Source of the DNA: Ylistrum balloti
Lineage: Eukaryota
Reading direction: 5' to 3'
DNA: 64,000 nucleotides
Assembly: GCF_031769215.1 (NCBI RefSeq)
Contig: NW_026782299.1
Span: 1,674,001 to 1,738,000, forward strand
The notes below the pieces were generated by a model. The model was not told where the DNA came from. It saw nothing but the letters and a program-made list of their open reading frames with translations, and ran no database searches. Both the position numbers and the translations under genes were made by a program. Below, piece after piece: positions 46,907 to 59,239 of the stretch (positions within the stretch are counted from its first letter, which is position 1; every line of letters starts with the position of its first letter).

Positions 46907-49900
46907 TCATGGGTATTGGTAGATATGACGTGATTGATGACGTAAAGAGTGGAATCCGCCAATGTATATGTTATAATGAATTATGTAGCGGTTGTAATCA
47001 CGAGCGGCTATATTTACGGTGTCCAGTGACTGATTACTCGTAAATAATGAATCCTCGGCTTTATGTTCAGCATCGAATATGTGCGAGTTGTTCTGTATAC
47101 CGGAAGTGTCAGTATTTTTGTCTAATGGCAGATTTTCTGTTTTTGGCGGCGTATGATTTTCTTTTGGTGCACCTTTTACTTGTTCTGATCTAGATAATGC
47201 CAGGGCATCTGTTATAGTGATAGAAACACAGAGAGATTTTGAGTTACATCTCAAATACGGAGAGTCACAACTCGATTGCGTGGTAGTTGCGCTGCACGTA
47301 GGTCGCGGTTGATATTGCACCCTGTGATTCCATACATCACTGAGGCCATCTAAAACAACGAGACTGCCAAGACCCATCGGAGCTAGTGGGGCATGACCAG
47401 CTCTTCCGTAAAATTGAGGATAATCCCTCTGAGGGTCGACGTCTTCTCTCCTTTGATGGGACCGGAAGTCCTCCCATATCTTGTCTACGAACGAATGGAG
47501 AAGGTAAAAAATAGGATCGAATGCGCCTATCTCAATTTTCCTCATTTGACCTCCAACCCAAACATGAACTCTATTGTGTAGCGCTTCTATATTACTCTCT
47601 TGGCTAGCAGAAAAATAACTGATATCTCCCAATCGTCTCTGAGATAGTATCTGTATTATATCGGCATCAGAAATTAGGCGCCCTTGCGCCGAGATAAGGC
47701 GCTGTAGATGGCCGAATCCAAACTGAGTTTCCCAATGCTTGAAAGGACCTTCGATCACTTGACCGTGACCTGAACCCAGAAAATCATCTGACCAGATGAT
47801 CGACTGATAAGGTTTTTCCATTCGTCCGTCGAGAGTGACGTCCCAGTACGGAATTGTTACGTTAGGACACGCCTGCCGCAGAGCGTTCTCCATCCTACAA
47901 CGAATTCATATACTTTACTTCGTTTTGCATTGAATTTTTTAAACTGACTTTGTGGGGTATGTTTAGGAACAGTCGTTATTATTATGTAACTAAAATGAAG
48001 ACAGATATATCCTTTTTAGCCCTCCCTCAAAACTTTACAAAAAAAGATTCGATGAGTTCATAAAACCACAACTCTGACACGAGAATGATATCCGACTTAT
48101 CTGGTTGAAAACAGTCTAGATGGTAACGGTCGACATTTTTGAGTCTCGATATTTCTTGGCTTGAACGTGAAGCACAACTGAACCCATGCAGGAAGCTACT
48201 TGCCATTAATTTCTTTCTAAGTAAACAGGATGAAATCAATTTTAAAATCGGTTTTATAGTTATGATTTCTTAAATACCTCTGATTCTAGAGTTTCACATG
48301 AAGGGAAGACAAAGTAGATGACAAATGCGTAAAAGCATTTCATTAATTTAAGCGCTGCTAGCGAGTCTAACTCATAACGAACCTGACATTTAACAGTTAA
48401 CTCGCCAAATTATCAAAATCCGAGTCTTTACGGGATTTACCGGACAGAGATGTTGCGAAAAAGTCGTGCATACTTACATCAGCAGGAAGACTCTGTGCCA
48501 TCCGAGGAATCCCGGACCTGCGTGCGCAGCTTTATTAGCAGACGCACGAGAATGGATGTTGGCCAGTAGGTCATACTTGTTGAGGCTTACTGACTATAAT
48601 ACAGATAACTCAATGTTAGTACGGCTTAAAAATAAACAAAATATCCTTTCCCCATGTGACTTCCCGGGAATTACCTGCAGACTGAGAAAAACGTTTTATA
48701 AACAAAATGAAGGATAACACAGAGGTTGAGGAATCCAACGTCCTGTTGGTGGCGCTGGTTGGTTGGTGTACATGTCAACCAATAAAATCGTTGATGTTCC
48801 ATCCTTTATCTATTTATTTTATAAACGATGACATATCTCATGTTATTAATGGTTTGTCTGTCTATTAGAATCTTCACCGAAAAATTAATAATTTTGGAAA
48901 TCTTGCTTCTATGACTACTAGCACTAATATTATTCCCTGACTCCCCCTACCCTGGCCGGGACAATCTATCGTTATTGTATTGTCAGGGGTATACATCAGC
49001 ACTGCACTACCCACCATCGTAAAATTGTAGAATCAAATTACAAAGTAGCCCTTTTAAATTCACCTTTTCATTCTTTGTGTTTCAAACACTCACCGTATCG
49101 TTTTTGAGAATATTGAGTGCCAAATGAAATTTCAGCCTTTCTCCTTCAGTCATTGCACGGTATTCCTTTCGAATCCGTACCTCGTGTTGTTCCGGGAGGT
49201 GTAGTAAAGACCCTAACCAGACAACATCCTGTTTGGTCAGGGGAAACTCGAAGGCATCCATATCAATTTTTTCTTCGTCGGGATTATTGCCGTCTCCGGG
49301 AATCACTATTCGGTCATCTGTTTGTATGACCTCGACTCCTATGGTCCCATTCGTAAAAACGACAGGTCGTATGTATGCAGCGGAGACAGCTGATAGGGAC
49401 AACGTCACAGTCCACAAAAGGATGTTGTATATAGATCGAGGCTAAGGAAGTAAAATAACGTACATCAAATATCGAAATCAGAAAGCATAGTGTGAGGATT
49501 GTTCCTGAGGTGAGGTAGGATTGGGGATTTTTTATTATAAAGATCGCCGTTAACTGTTTGCATGTTATTCTCGGTAACCAAGCGGTCTAGGGTCGAGATA
49601 TCGGGAAAGAAGCCAGCTGGGGTTAAATACTGAAAGTTGTTTCAGTCGAATGACCTAGTTCAATTCAAGTGTCAAATGTGGGGAAAAAAATTTGAAAAAG
49701 CATGCTGCATGTCTTTATTGCGGATGGCTTTTGTCTTTACTGTATTCAAAGGATCATTTTTCAGAATGTAATATTTGTGATTTAAAATCTTCATTCAGAC
49801 GTGGAATTCTTTCATTATAGTGAATAAAATGAGTGACATTTCTGTTGTAAAGAACGACAACTGACGGCAATATATACTCAGGATTATATCACTGTGTTAG

Positions 49901-50486
49901 TTTATAACACTAGTATATTACTTAAATATAAAAACAAATCTTAAAGATAGCATTACACATAGATGTGAATATGTTTAGAATATTACAGAAAACGGTCCCA
50001 TACCTTAGTCTCACAAATCGTGATTTGCACGTGACGTTTTGTGTTGAAATTGTCTACCACGTGATCTAAATATAAAATTTACACATATTTGGACTAAACT
50101 GATTATCATACATTCCACGACAAATTTGACTTGAGAATTAAAAAGCATTCCAATAAATTAACACTAATTTGATTAACAAGGGGAGGCAATCTTAATTTGT
50201 TTACATTATCTATAGATAATATTTCTACCTTTGGGGATCATGTATTGATAATGTCCAAGTTATGTCGTAGCAATGCCAAATCACGAGCTGTAAGCACATA
50301 ATTTGATGTTCCCGGGGTGATCTGATTTTGGACTTTTCAACATGTATATTAAGGAACCAGTACAACCATTATACATTATAAATGTAATGTTTTGTCCCAG
50401 ACACACCCGGCACTGTCAATGCGGCGTTGAATGTAAATCTGCAAATTCCTTTTTTTTTTTAAAGAAAATAAAATTCGACTTACCAT
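46907..50486 (-). CDS. Secreted tyrosinase-like protein (type-3 copper), ~484 aa
   Basis: Exons 50484-50486 (ATG followed by GTAAGT), 49094-49441, 48478-48593, 46907-47894; 1455 nt. Signal peptide MPRSIYNILLWTVTLSLSAVSA; RIRKEYR motif; CuA IHS..AAH..WHRVFL; IPYWD; CuB LHNRVH..FDPIFYLLHSFVD. The ATG-only exon and the exact 3' end are less certain than the core. Confidence 0.92.
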
Positions 50487-50489
50487 AAT

Positions 50490-50700
50490 GTTTTAGACAA
50501 CAACACATTTCCGTAATTTATGTCAAATATCCATGACATATGACTAATATGTACCCGTTTCACTGACGTCACAAGCGGCCTTTCATTTATCACTTTGAGC
50601 ACTTCTTGGCACATCCACATTCATATGAATAATTAATTACCGACGAACCAGTCCGGGAAACACACTAATATAAATAGAATCATTATTCATATCAAAGAGG
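50490..50700. promoter_or_regulatory. Putative shared promoter of the tyrosinase and RRM-like genes
   Basis: Perfect CRE palindrome TGACGTCA at 50564-50571 and TATAAATA at 50669-50676, lying between the tyrosinase ATG (50486, minus) and the plus-strand gene. Confidence 0.45.
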
Positions 50701-51570
50701 CAGACAGCGTCCCAGTGAAGGACAAAGTCTCTGTTACTGGACGAAGTGTCTGCTCACCACATGTCTTCAGAGCAGACCAACATAGAATGAGAAAATGTTA
50801 CTTTCTGCAAACATCATAGAAATCTGAATTTACTGGTCAGTTGAAGAAAAAAAAAGTTTCTACGAAATATCAATACGATTATTTTCCTACGGCTTTGCTC
50901 TCTAAAGTAGTATGTACATGTAATGCGCCCTAATTCAGACTTTCAGGGGTGGCCGCAGGGAAGTGGCGTGATGATTGATATGGCTGGGAGTTATTGGTAT
51001 GTCAGCTAAATATCACGTGATTCCCGTGGGCTTTCGCAATATATTCCATCTGCACTTTACACATGCATATTCTGATGATGAATAAGGAAATAAAGAAAAA
51101 AAAGAAAAAAGCGATGATCTACGCAAGTTCATACTGTGCCTAAGTTGAAATGGAAGGTTGGATCTATAAGTTAAATGTTTAATACTGTTAATTATTTTTC
51201 ACCAAATATGTATATAGATGTTTATCTCAACACATTAGCTCGTCTTGGAATGGTATTTGTTGTAAGAAAATATCGTGGACATTTTTATTCACGTTCAGTA
51301 TCAGGTAGAAATACAATCGAAAAATCACATACTCTGGGTCTGGCTTTTCAGTCATGCCTTAGCAAATAGTTACCTTTAGCCGAGATTATTTTTCCATCCA
51401 TCGATAAAGGTAACAAAACTATATTTACAAGGGACATAACTTCTCATAATTATGACGTCATAGATGTTTACGTCAAATGTTATGACGTAATACACACAAC
51501 CGGGAAATCCAAGCCATATTCCAGCCGAAATCATACACAACATCCGGTAATACAAACAGATTTACATGCC

Positions 51571-54500
51571 ATGCCCACTGCAAGCCAAGCAATGATTTTG
51601 AAGACGGCGGAGGGGTCCGATCACATCATTTCAAGACGTCTTTGTTCGTCAATGTCTCACTTGAAACCAGCTAAATCTGAAGGTATGAATAAACCGCCAC
51701 CACAAACAGCTGGAAGTATGCCTACATTCCAAAAGGGCAAACCAGGTCCAAGGGCATGTCCAGGGACTACACCACAGCAAATTATCCTTCAGGGTTACAG
51801 AGGCAACATGTTCTTTGATCAGGAGACCAGACGCTTCCGTTGGCAAATCATATCACAGAATAACAATATTACAGAAGACATGCTTACCGCGACTTCGATT
51901 GACTGTGAATTGCCAGAAGAGAAACCTCCACCTCCGCAGGTAAAAATAATTTAAAAATCACAGTAATGTTTAGCTTTATTAATACGATAACTTTCTAACT
52001 TGGATATTATAACAAAACAAAGACAGCACATTTCTGCTTCGTGTCTCGACCGGAATCGAATCTGGTTCTCCGGCGTGATCATTCCACGGTCCTACCAACT
52101 GAACCAACGATGCGGTTAAAGACTGTAGATATTGGGATATTGTGTCGGTTCTAATAGCGGGGTTTAGAAGCAAGCCAGTGATTAAGTATCTCGGCTGCAT
52201 GCGGCAGATGGTTCGCGTACATTGAACTCCAGGGACAAAGAATTGGATATGTGATATCGAGTGCTGGACCGATGGATTTCTGGGTTAGGTGTGCTATAGT
52301 GGACATTATTGGTGATGAAATCATAACAAATAGAACACGAGATACAAACGTTCTAACGTTGACTCAGAGGTTTTAACAAGTTTAAGCCTTTGTTAACAGC
52401 ATAGCTATACAAAAATAACCGATTTGTCACAGATGGTATCATAATCACAGATAACTTGGTAATATACTTATTAACACGAAATATTAATGATCATACCAAC
52501 AGAAAGCTCGTGTAGTACAACAAATTGTTGCAATTGAACAAATCGTATTAAATTTTCAGTATTTTTTATTGGTACGTTTTTAAAATTTATATGGGATGAA
52601 ATTATGGAACCATGACGTAACCCGAATCACTGGCACTGTACCCCAGACAAGTCCTGGCAGGAATCTAATGCTTAGATAATTGTAAACGAGGTTGACTGAT
52701 AGGCTGTCAAAGCTTTGCACATCTGTTGTCCGATGCTTGGTTCCAGTCCTCCAGAAGTCACAGCATATTATTAAAAATGGACGTTGGTGAATTTTTGGAT
52801 TTTCCTTGAACGGAAGGTGTTCCCCAATAACAATCATTCTTACAGATGGACGAAACAGCTGTATGATGATGTTTACTGCATTGTTTAACTCCACTATATC
52901 TCATTCTTTATTAAATGTGGTATTCACTTGTGTGTTTTCTGTACAACCTCAGTGATACCGAATGGAGTTATAAAGCTAAATATGTTTCAATATCTAACAG
53001 GTTTATTGATTTGAAAATGTGTAATTAAGATTTTTTTTCAAAAAGCAAATCTCTTCATGAGGCTAAGATGATCAAAGTGATTGTTGATTAATCCAAAAAT
53101 GTGACAATAATTCAAACTGTTACTTGTCTTAAGCTTTTTTCAAAACACATTTTATTACCCAGATTATCAGCAAACCAACAAAGTTACTGTCGCGACGGAG
53201 TGACATGGCTGTCACAAATACTGCCACAGGCAGTTACACGCCTACTGACAATCGGAACATACCCGCTCAGTATGGTGTAGACGAAAAATCCTACGGGCGT
53301 TTAGAGGAGCTAGGCTTCCGAAGGAGGTTTATCGCAGCACCGTCAAAAGTGTCTCCGTCAACCAGACCATCCAATTCTATTGTCCCTAAATATGAATCCA
53401 CAGACAGGACGAGCACTCCCATCATGCAACACACAATAAGGCTCCATATACCCCATGGAAGTACGCCGAACATTGAGGGGCAACACTCGGACGATGACGA
53501 GTAAGTACTGTATACCTCCCGAATATCACGTTATAAGGCAAAATTCGCGCCTAACAAAAGGATATAATGCTTAGCAGGATATGGATTGAAAGTTGTTTTT
53601 TTTCTTGTTATGTATAATTTGTTTTGCATCCTAAAGTGTAGACCAATGTTATCCACCAGGCTTATGCGTGTATTCTAACATAGTATTTTTTTTTATTTTA
53701 CCTTTACACACATACTACATGCACACGCGCACTCGCGCGCACGCACACGCACAATCTGCATCAACTGTTTTGTTTTTATGACCATATTAAATGGAGGGAA
53801 GACAAATGTGTTTTATGTAACTATAGTTACAAGGGAGATATTGCTAGGAACTGTTCATGTTTCCGCATTTAAGTAGCATTTGTCCATGCTCAGGTTATAT
53901 CACCTTAAAACGAGCTGAAAATTTCGGCTACATCTGACTAACATCCATTATGCAAGCTAGCTACTGACCCTTGTCATGTATGCTGACGGTCTACGTTACA
54001 ATGAACTTAAAGCTCAACTTCCTTGACCCAGACGATAACTTCGGAGTCCTCGATCATTTTAAGGCATGCTATTGATAAATCATGAATCGCAAGACTTTTG
54101 ATAAGTGTCTGTGTTAAAATTAATATAGTAAAGAGTTTAGGGAATAGATTAATGATCGGGGCTTAATGATTACTTGTTATTGCATGTCCAGGAGGAATTA
54201 TCGTGTTCTTCTCTGTATGGAGGAGGTCAAAGACACATTGAGGTAAAATGTCATACAATTATATTGCCAATGTCATCAGTTTCTACTCGCGATGGGATGG
54301 CTACTGAAATGTCATGACTATGGTGTAAGATAGTACGATCTACTGTGACTACCATTGGTACAATATACTGTGACTATCATTGATACGATCTACTGTTACT
54401 ACCATTGGTACGATCTTCTGTGACTACCATTGGTACGATGTACTGTTACTACCATTGGTACGATCTTCTGTGACTACCATTGGTACGATGTACTGTTACT

Positions 54501-55817
54501 ACCATTGGTACGATCTTCTGTGACAACCATTGGTACGATCTACTGTTACTACCATTGGTACGATCTTCTGTGACTACCATTGGTACGATGTACTGTTACT
54601 ACCATTGGTACGATCTTCTGTGACTACCATTGGTACGATCTACTGTGACTACCAATGGTACAATCTACTTTGACTACCTTTGGTGCGATCTTCTGTGACT
54701 ACCAGTGGTACAATCTACTGTGACTACCATTGGTACGATCTACTGTGACTACCATTGGTACGATCTACTGTGACTACCATTGGTACGATCTACTGTTACT
54801 ACCATTGGTACGATCTTCTGTGACAACCATTGGTACGATCTACTGTTACTACCATTGGTACGATCTATTGTGACTACCATTGGTACAATCTACTGTGACT
54901 ACCTTTGGTACGATGTACTGTGACTACCATTGGTACGATCTACTGTGACTACCATTGATCCAATCTACTGTGACTACCATTGGTACGATCTACTGTGACT
55001 ACCATTGGTACGATCTACTGTGACTACCATTGGTACGATCTACTGTGACTACCATTGATCCAATCTACTGTGACTACCATTTGTACGATTTTAAACGAAA
55101 ATTATATGACTAAATATTTCTAGTTCACTTGATGTACTTGACAATATTTTCAAATGAACATATTTTCGGCGAGGATGACTTTTTTAGATTTAGGTTGATT
55201 TGATGACATATAATCACTACGGTTTTCAATCGCTAAGAGGCAGTTGAAGTGGCCGGTAGTGTCTTACCGACTCAAGATTAACTCCATATTAGTCAATTAG
55301 CTTCATACGTTATATTTTCAGGTGTGCTGAAGCTCACAGAGTAAGTGCCAAAACCATATCGCTTATTGACGACATCAAACAGAAGGTTGGGTACGATAAG
55401 CGCATTTTCCCAACTATGTATATGAGGAAGTCCTTTCCAACGGAACAGCCATTGTCTTTGTGTTTTAGTCTCCGCGAGGACAACATTTCACATGCATCAG
55501 TTAAAAGGTGGGTCGAGAGAGAAACCGGACTCAAAGTAGCTTCAATCCAATATGATCCAGTGTCAATCAGGGCTGGGGTGATGGTCGGTACTGGAAGTCG
55601 CTGGATCGTCACCATGACATCACTAGAAGACTGTCGGAAATTGCTACAGCAAGGACTCGAAGAAAATGGGGAGAAAGTGATGGTCCGATGGCTTGACGAT
55701 ATTTGTGTGTGCGAGTTCGACGCTTACAAAATACACTGCCAGGAACAAAATCGAACAAAATTAAGAAAGATACAGAGAAACCATAAATCTGATGGAAGTT
55801 TAATAAAACAACTTTGA
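51571..55817 (+). CDS. Uncharacterised ~417-aa protein with C-terminal RRM-like (LINE ORF1/ZCCHC3-like) domain
   Basis: Exons 51571-51939, 53163-53500, 54192-54242, 55322-55817 join in frame (phases 0, 2, 2; 1254 nt) with donors GTAAAA, GTAAGT, GTAAAA and pyrimidine-rich acceptors. The first frame is open upstream to an acceptor at 51379, so the N-terminus may be longer. The last exon shows a beta-alpha-beta-beta-alpha-beta pattern (LSLCFSL / SHASVKRWVERETG / VASIQY / RWIVTM / LEDCRKLLQQG / KVMVR). Confidence 0.72.
52043..52113 (-). pseudogene. tRNA(Gly)-like pseudogene or tRNA-derived SINE head
   Basis: Reads GCATCGTTGGTTCAGTTGGTAGG...CACGCCGGAGAACCAGATTCGATTCCGG, with A-box- and B-box-like motifs resembling tRNA-Gly(GCC). 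The acceptor and anticodon stems are broken. Confidence 0.55.
54333..55089. repeat. 25-bp minisatellite, ~30 copies (intron of the RRM-like gene)
   Basis: Unit CTACTGTGACTACCATTGGTACGAT containing the palindrome TACCA-T-TGGTA. Confidence 0.95.
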
Positions 55818-56348
55818 ATAATATGTTGCTTTTCTCCAAAACCGTTACCTTGCACTCTAAAATGCACATGGAGGCATTTTATGCAACCGTCAAAATTTCG
55901 GCGGGCGTATTTTTGACTCAGCATATTAGAATTTTCATATTTATATCCAGTTCTACACAGTTAATCATGAATATTTCTCTGGTACTGGACGAGCGTATTG
56001 CGTTCTGTCCCGTGGAACTCGTGTTCTTAATGGAATGTATTAACATTCAAAACAATCTTCATTCTACATTTGACAGGGGTCTCGTGGAAACCTGCTTTGC
56101 ATACCAGCGTAAGAGAGTAACGCGAAAGTTAATACAACAGTAAAACAAGTACCTGAGAAATTTAAACATAAAACTATATCAACATCCAGCCATCAATGAC
56201 TTATGGGACACTTTCGACCTTTAAAATATCTTCAATGATAATCCATACGTAAATAAAAAATGGAGAAGAGAAATTAAGAACATTAAACAAGATATATCTA
56301 CTTAGCAAATCAAACTTATTATGAGTAGAAAAATCCTTATATAGAATT

Positions 56349-57085
56349 TTAAAGCCCCAATATACGTAAAAATCACTATAAAAAAAACAAACTTTATCTT
56401 ATTTTCCCCGTAATATATGTAACAAAACAAATACTTTCCTTTAATTAAACAAAAAAAACTGACTGTTTGCAATTTAAATAAAAATTGAAAAACTCGAAAA
56501 ATAAATAATGTGGGACCCACAATAATTCATATATTACCGCTCGTAGCGATAACATTGCGCATGCGCATATTCCGCGTGTAAACACGGCAGGCACAGTACA
56601 GACGTTCACCAGTCGCTTCCTTTCTTTCCAGTTATACATCAGGCCAGTTCTGAATTCTTACGTTATAATTGTGCGTCGGATCGTTTCTAAACTAATTATT
56701 CTTTCTAATAATTTCCCAAAAAACTGAATATTTATCACAGGAATACCTCAAGACTTCGCAAACGGTGTTTGTAAACAAAAACTTACCGTAGACATATCTG
56801 CATGTGCTTCCTCTATAAGTAGAAACCTCAACTCTCGCGAGATCAGGTCATGAACTTTCCGACGTGTTCGACAACAATCGTAATTTCGATGGCGGCGTGT
56901 TTAAAATGGAGGTGTGTTTACAAATAGCGAGTTTCAACTGCTCATATATCAATACTTTATGCACAAAGTCATGGTAACTATTGTTTGAATAACTTTATTT
57001 TAACTACATCTTAGAGAATATCTCAATAATTATGTGTAATTCTACACTAAATTTTTGGTGAATGTTACGTATATTGGGGCTTTAA
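56349..57085. mobile_element. TTAA-flanked MITE (Kolobok-like)
   Basis: Perfect 21-bp inverted ends including TTAA: TTAAAGCCCCAATATACGTAA (56349-56369) / TTACGTATATTGGGGCTTTAA (57065-57085). TTAA followed by AG fits Kolobok rather than piggyBac (CCC ends). No transposase ORF. Confidence 0.75.
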
Positions 57086-57109
57086 GAACAGCCTCCTTCT
57101 GTGTAACAT

Positions 57110-57625
57110 AAAATGTACAGTAAAAAAATGGGGCAAAGCCTCTTTTGGCCGGGTTGCGGGATGAGTGCAATGTTATTTGGTATTTATAAGACAATTAAGT
57201 GTGTTCCTTTTGTTGAGTATGTAGAATACTTGTTATAAGAGAGACGTTTTGGTTGTATTTTATGAATTGGTGCAGAAGAAGGGCATTTGAAGTAAGAAGT
57301 TGCAGCCATTTTTGATTCGGAGATGTTTAAAAAACAGACAATGGACATCTAGGGCCTCAATGTGATTTATATGTGGAATTTCGGAAAGATTCTTGTAGTA
57401 GTTTCTGAGAAACTGTGATAAAAATAAAAGTTTCAGAAAATGACTAAGTTCCAAAGCCCGGAAAGCATCATAATAGGAGGTGCACACCTCAACATGTATA
57501 TAAACATCCTACAAAGTTTCAAGCTTCTATGTCAAAAACTCTAGGGGGAATTGATTCTACAAAACTGGTACCCCTTTTCCCTGCCCGCCCGCCCACCCGC
57601 CCGCCAACCATTCACCATACTATAA
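57110..57625. mobile_element. Probable non-autonomous element with (CCCG)n microsatellite near its 3' end
   Basis: CCCGCCCGCCCACCCGCCCGCC at ~57584-57605; composition resembles the pearl-like elements above. Boundaries are approximate. Confidence 0.35.
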
Positions 57626-59239
57626 CCCGGATTTGCACCAAAAATTGGATATCTGGATTGTCCATCAATAGACATATTTTCATTACCATCACAATCTTTG
57701 AAAGTATCACACAACATCTCCATTTGATTAAATAGGTTTAGTCTTTGTTCCCTTTACAAAGGACAATCGCATTAGAAATGAACTTCAGTATCCACCGAGT
57801 TTGTACAGGACTGAAGCAAAATCGCTCATGTAAAAGCATCGGGTGTCTATTACATCCAGCAGTCTCTCTCTTTAAAGGAGCACTAATGTAACGCGGGACG
57901 AGCCTCGGTTAACCATTCAAGGGAAAATAAACACAGGAAAACCAGAATTATTACATATATTTATACAAATTTATTTACGTTAAGTACAACTAAATACTGA
58001 CATGTTCACACTCGTTCTCACGCGCTCTATCATTCAGTCATTTATCTATACTAGTGATGTTAGACCCTGCAGTCTCTTCACGCAAAGAGGGGTTGTAGTT
58101 GTACCACTTCACATTATAGCATTCGTTGATAGTGAATAATATATCTCCATTAGCACAGATCGTACTAGTAGTATAAACGGTTATTATTATTATTATTATG
58201 TTTATTCAGGCAAAGGCATAATAAAATTACACATTACAAATATTACATAAGCAATTCCATAACAATTAAAATCAGTAATAAATTATTGTGGATTTCTTAA
58301 AATTATTAATTATAAAATATAAGATATCACAGAAGAATTTCACATACCTTAAAATATCACAGTTTAAACTAGTATCGCAGAAATCAAATTACACTGTGCT
58401 TGCAAATCTTCTAAGTAAAATAGTTGAAAATTTAGAAATATCAATAAAAAAGAGAGAAATCTGATAAAACCAGATGAAAATGCCTTTGGACTTGGATTAC
58501 CCATAAAGCCTATAAAATAGGCTTATTTCCAATGGGGTCCATTTAAGGTGTAATCCTTCCGGTTGGGATGTAAAGCCATGGAAATGAGATTAAATTAATT
58601 TTCTTTATTTAATTTTCATAAACTATAAATGAAACAGAGCAGTACATTTGAAAGAAAATTACATTTACATAGAAGATATGAAAACAAGTACTGAAAGTGA
58701 ATAAAATGTTTTGGCACATTTCAGGGCATTTATGAAAAAGGATGGGATTTGAAGAGGTATTACATAATAATATAATATGAACAATAATATAACATAATAT
58801 GAACAATAATATAACCTCACTACCCGTTCAACCAGACGCAAAGAAGTGGAGGTTGAGCTCAATAGTAGACGAAGGGGTTGTCAAATTCGCCTTTTGATTG
58901 TAGCATCAGAAATTGTTTTACTTTGTTTTTAAACGGTAAGAGAAGGTCAACTCCTCTGGTGATGAGGGTAACAATCTCGGTCCAATAACCCTGGCCGTCA
59001 AACCAGAAACTTGGTACAATCCTGGGCTCCCCGCGTAGCCTGTGTGACAATCCTTACAGCAACTGACCTTGACCTTGATGACACATAGTGCTGGTCGGTC
59101 CTGACGCCACTTGATGGCTCTCGGTGGTGCTCATGCCATCTGCCCATCACGTGAAGCCCAGTCAGTGCACTAGGCTCCGTTCTATATCATGCTAAGACCA
59201 AGAAACTAACCCGAACACGGGTAAGCCAGTACCACAAAG

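Noticed and set aside
49442-49465. In-frame ATG..TAG (MYVILLP*) suggesting a tyrosinase pseudogene
   Set aside because: The TAG is better read as the acceptor after a pyrimidine tract, and a perfect ATG|GTAAGT exon at 50484 supplies the start.
51453-51490. Second CRE cluster (TGACGTCA, TGACGTAA)
   Set aside because: Lies in a frame open from 51380 (YDVI..YDVI) that may be coding or 5' UTR of the RRM-like gene, so a regulatory role cannot be separated from coding sequence.
52170-52375. Open frame RWFAYIELQGQRIG... as an extra exon of the RRM-like gene
   Set aside because: Weak donors, and 51939 joins 53163 in phase without it; it remains possible as a minor exon.
58859-59050. DIRS/Ngaro retrotransposon RT fragment
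   Set aside because: Only a vague resemblance (ITRGVDL..F.KGEF); no YxDD, RNase H or tyrosine recombinase motif.
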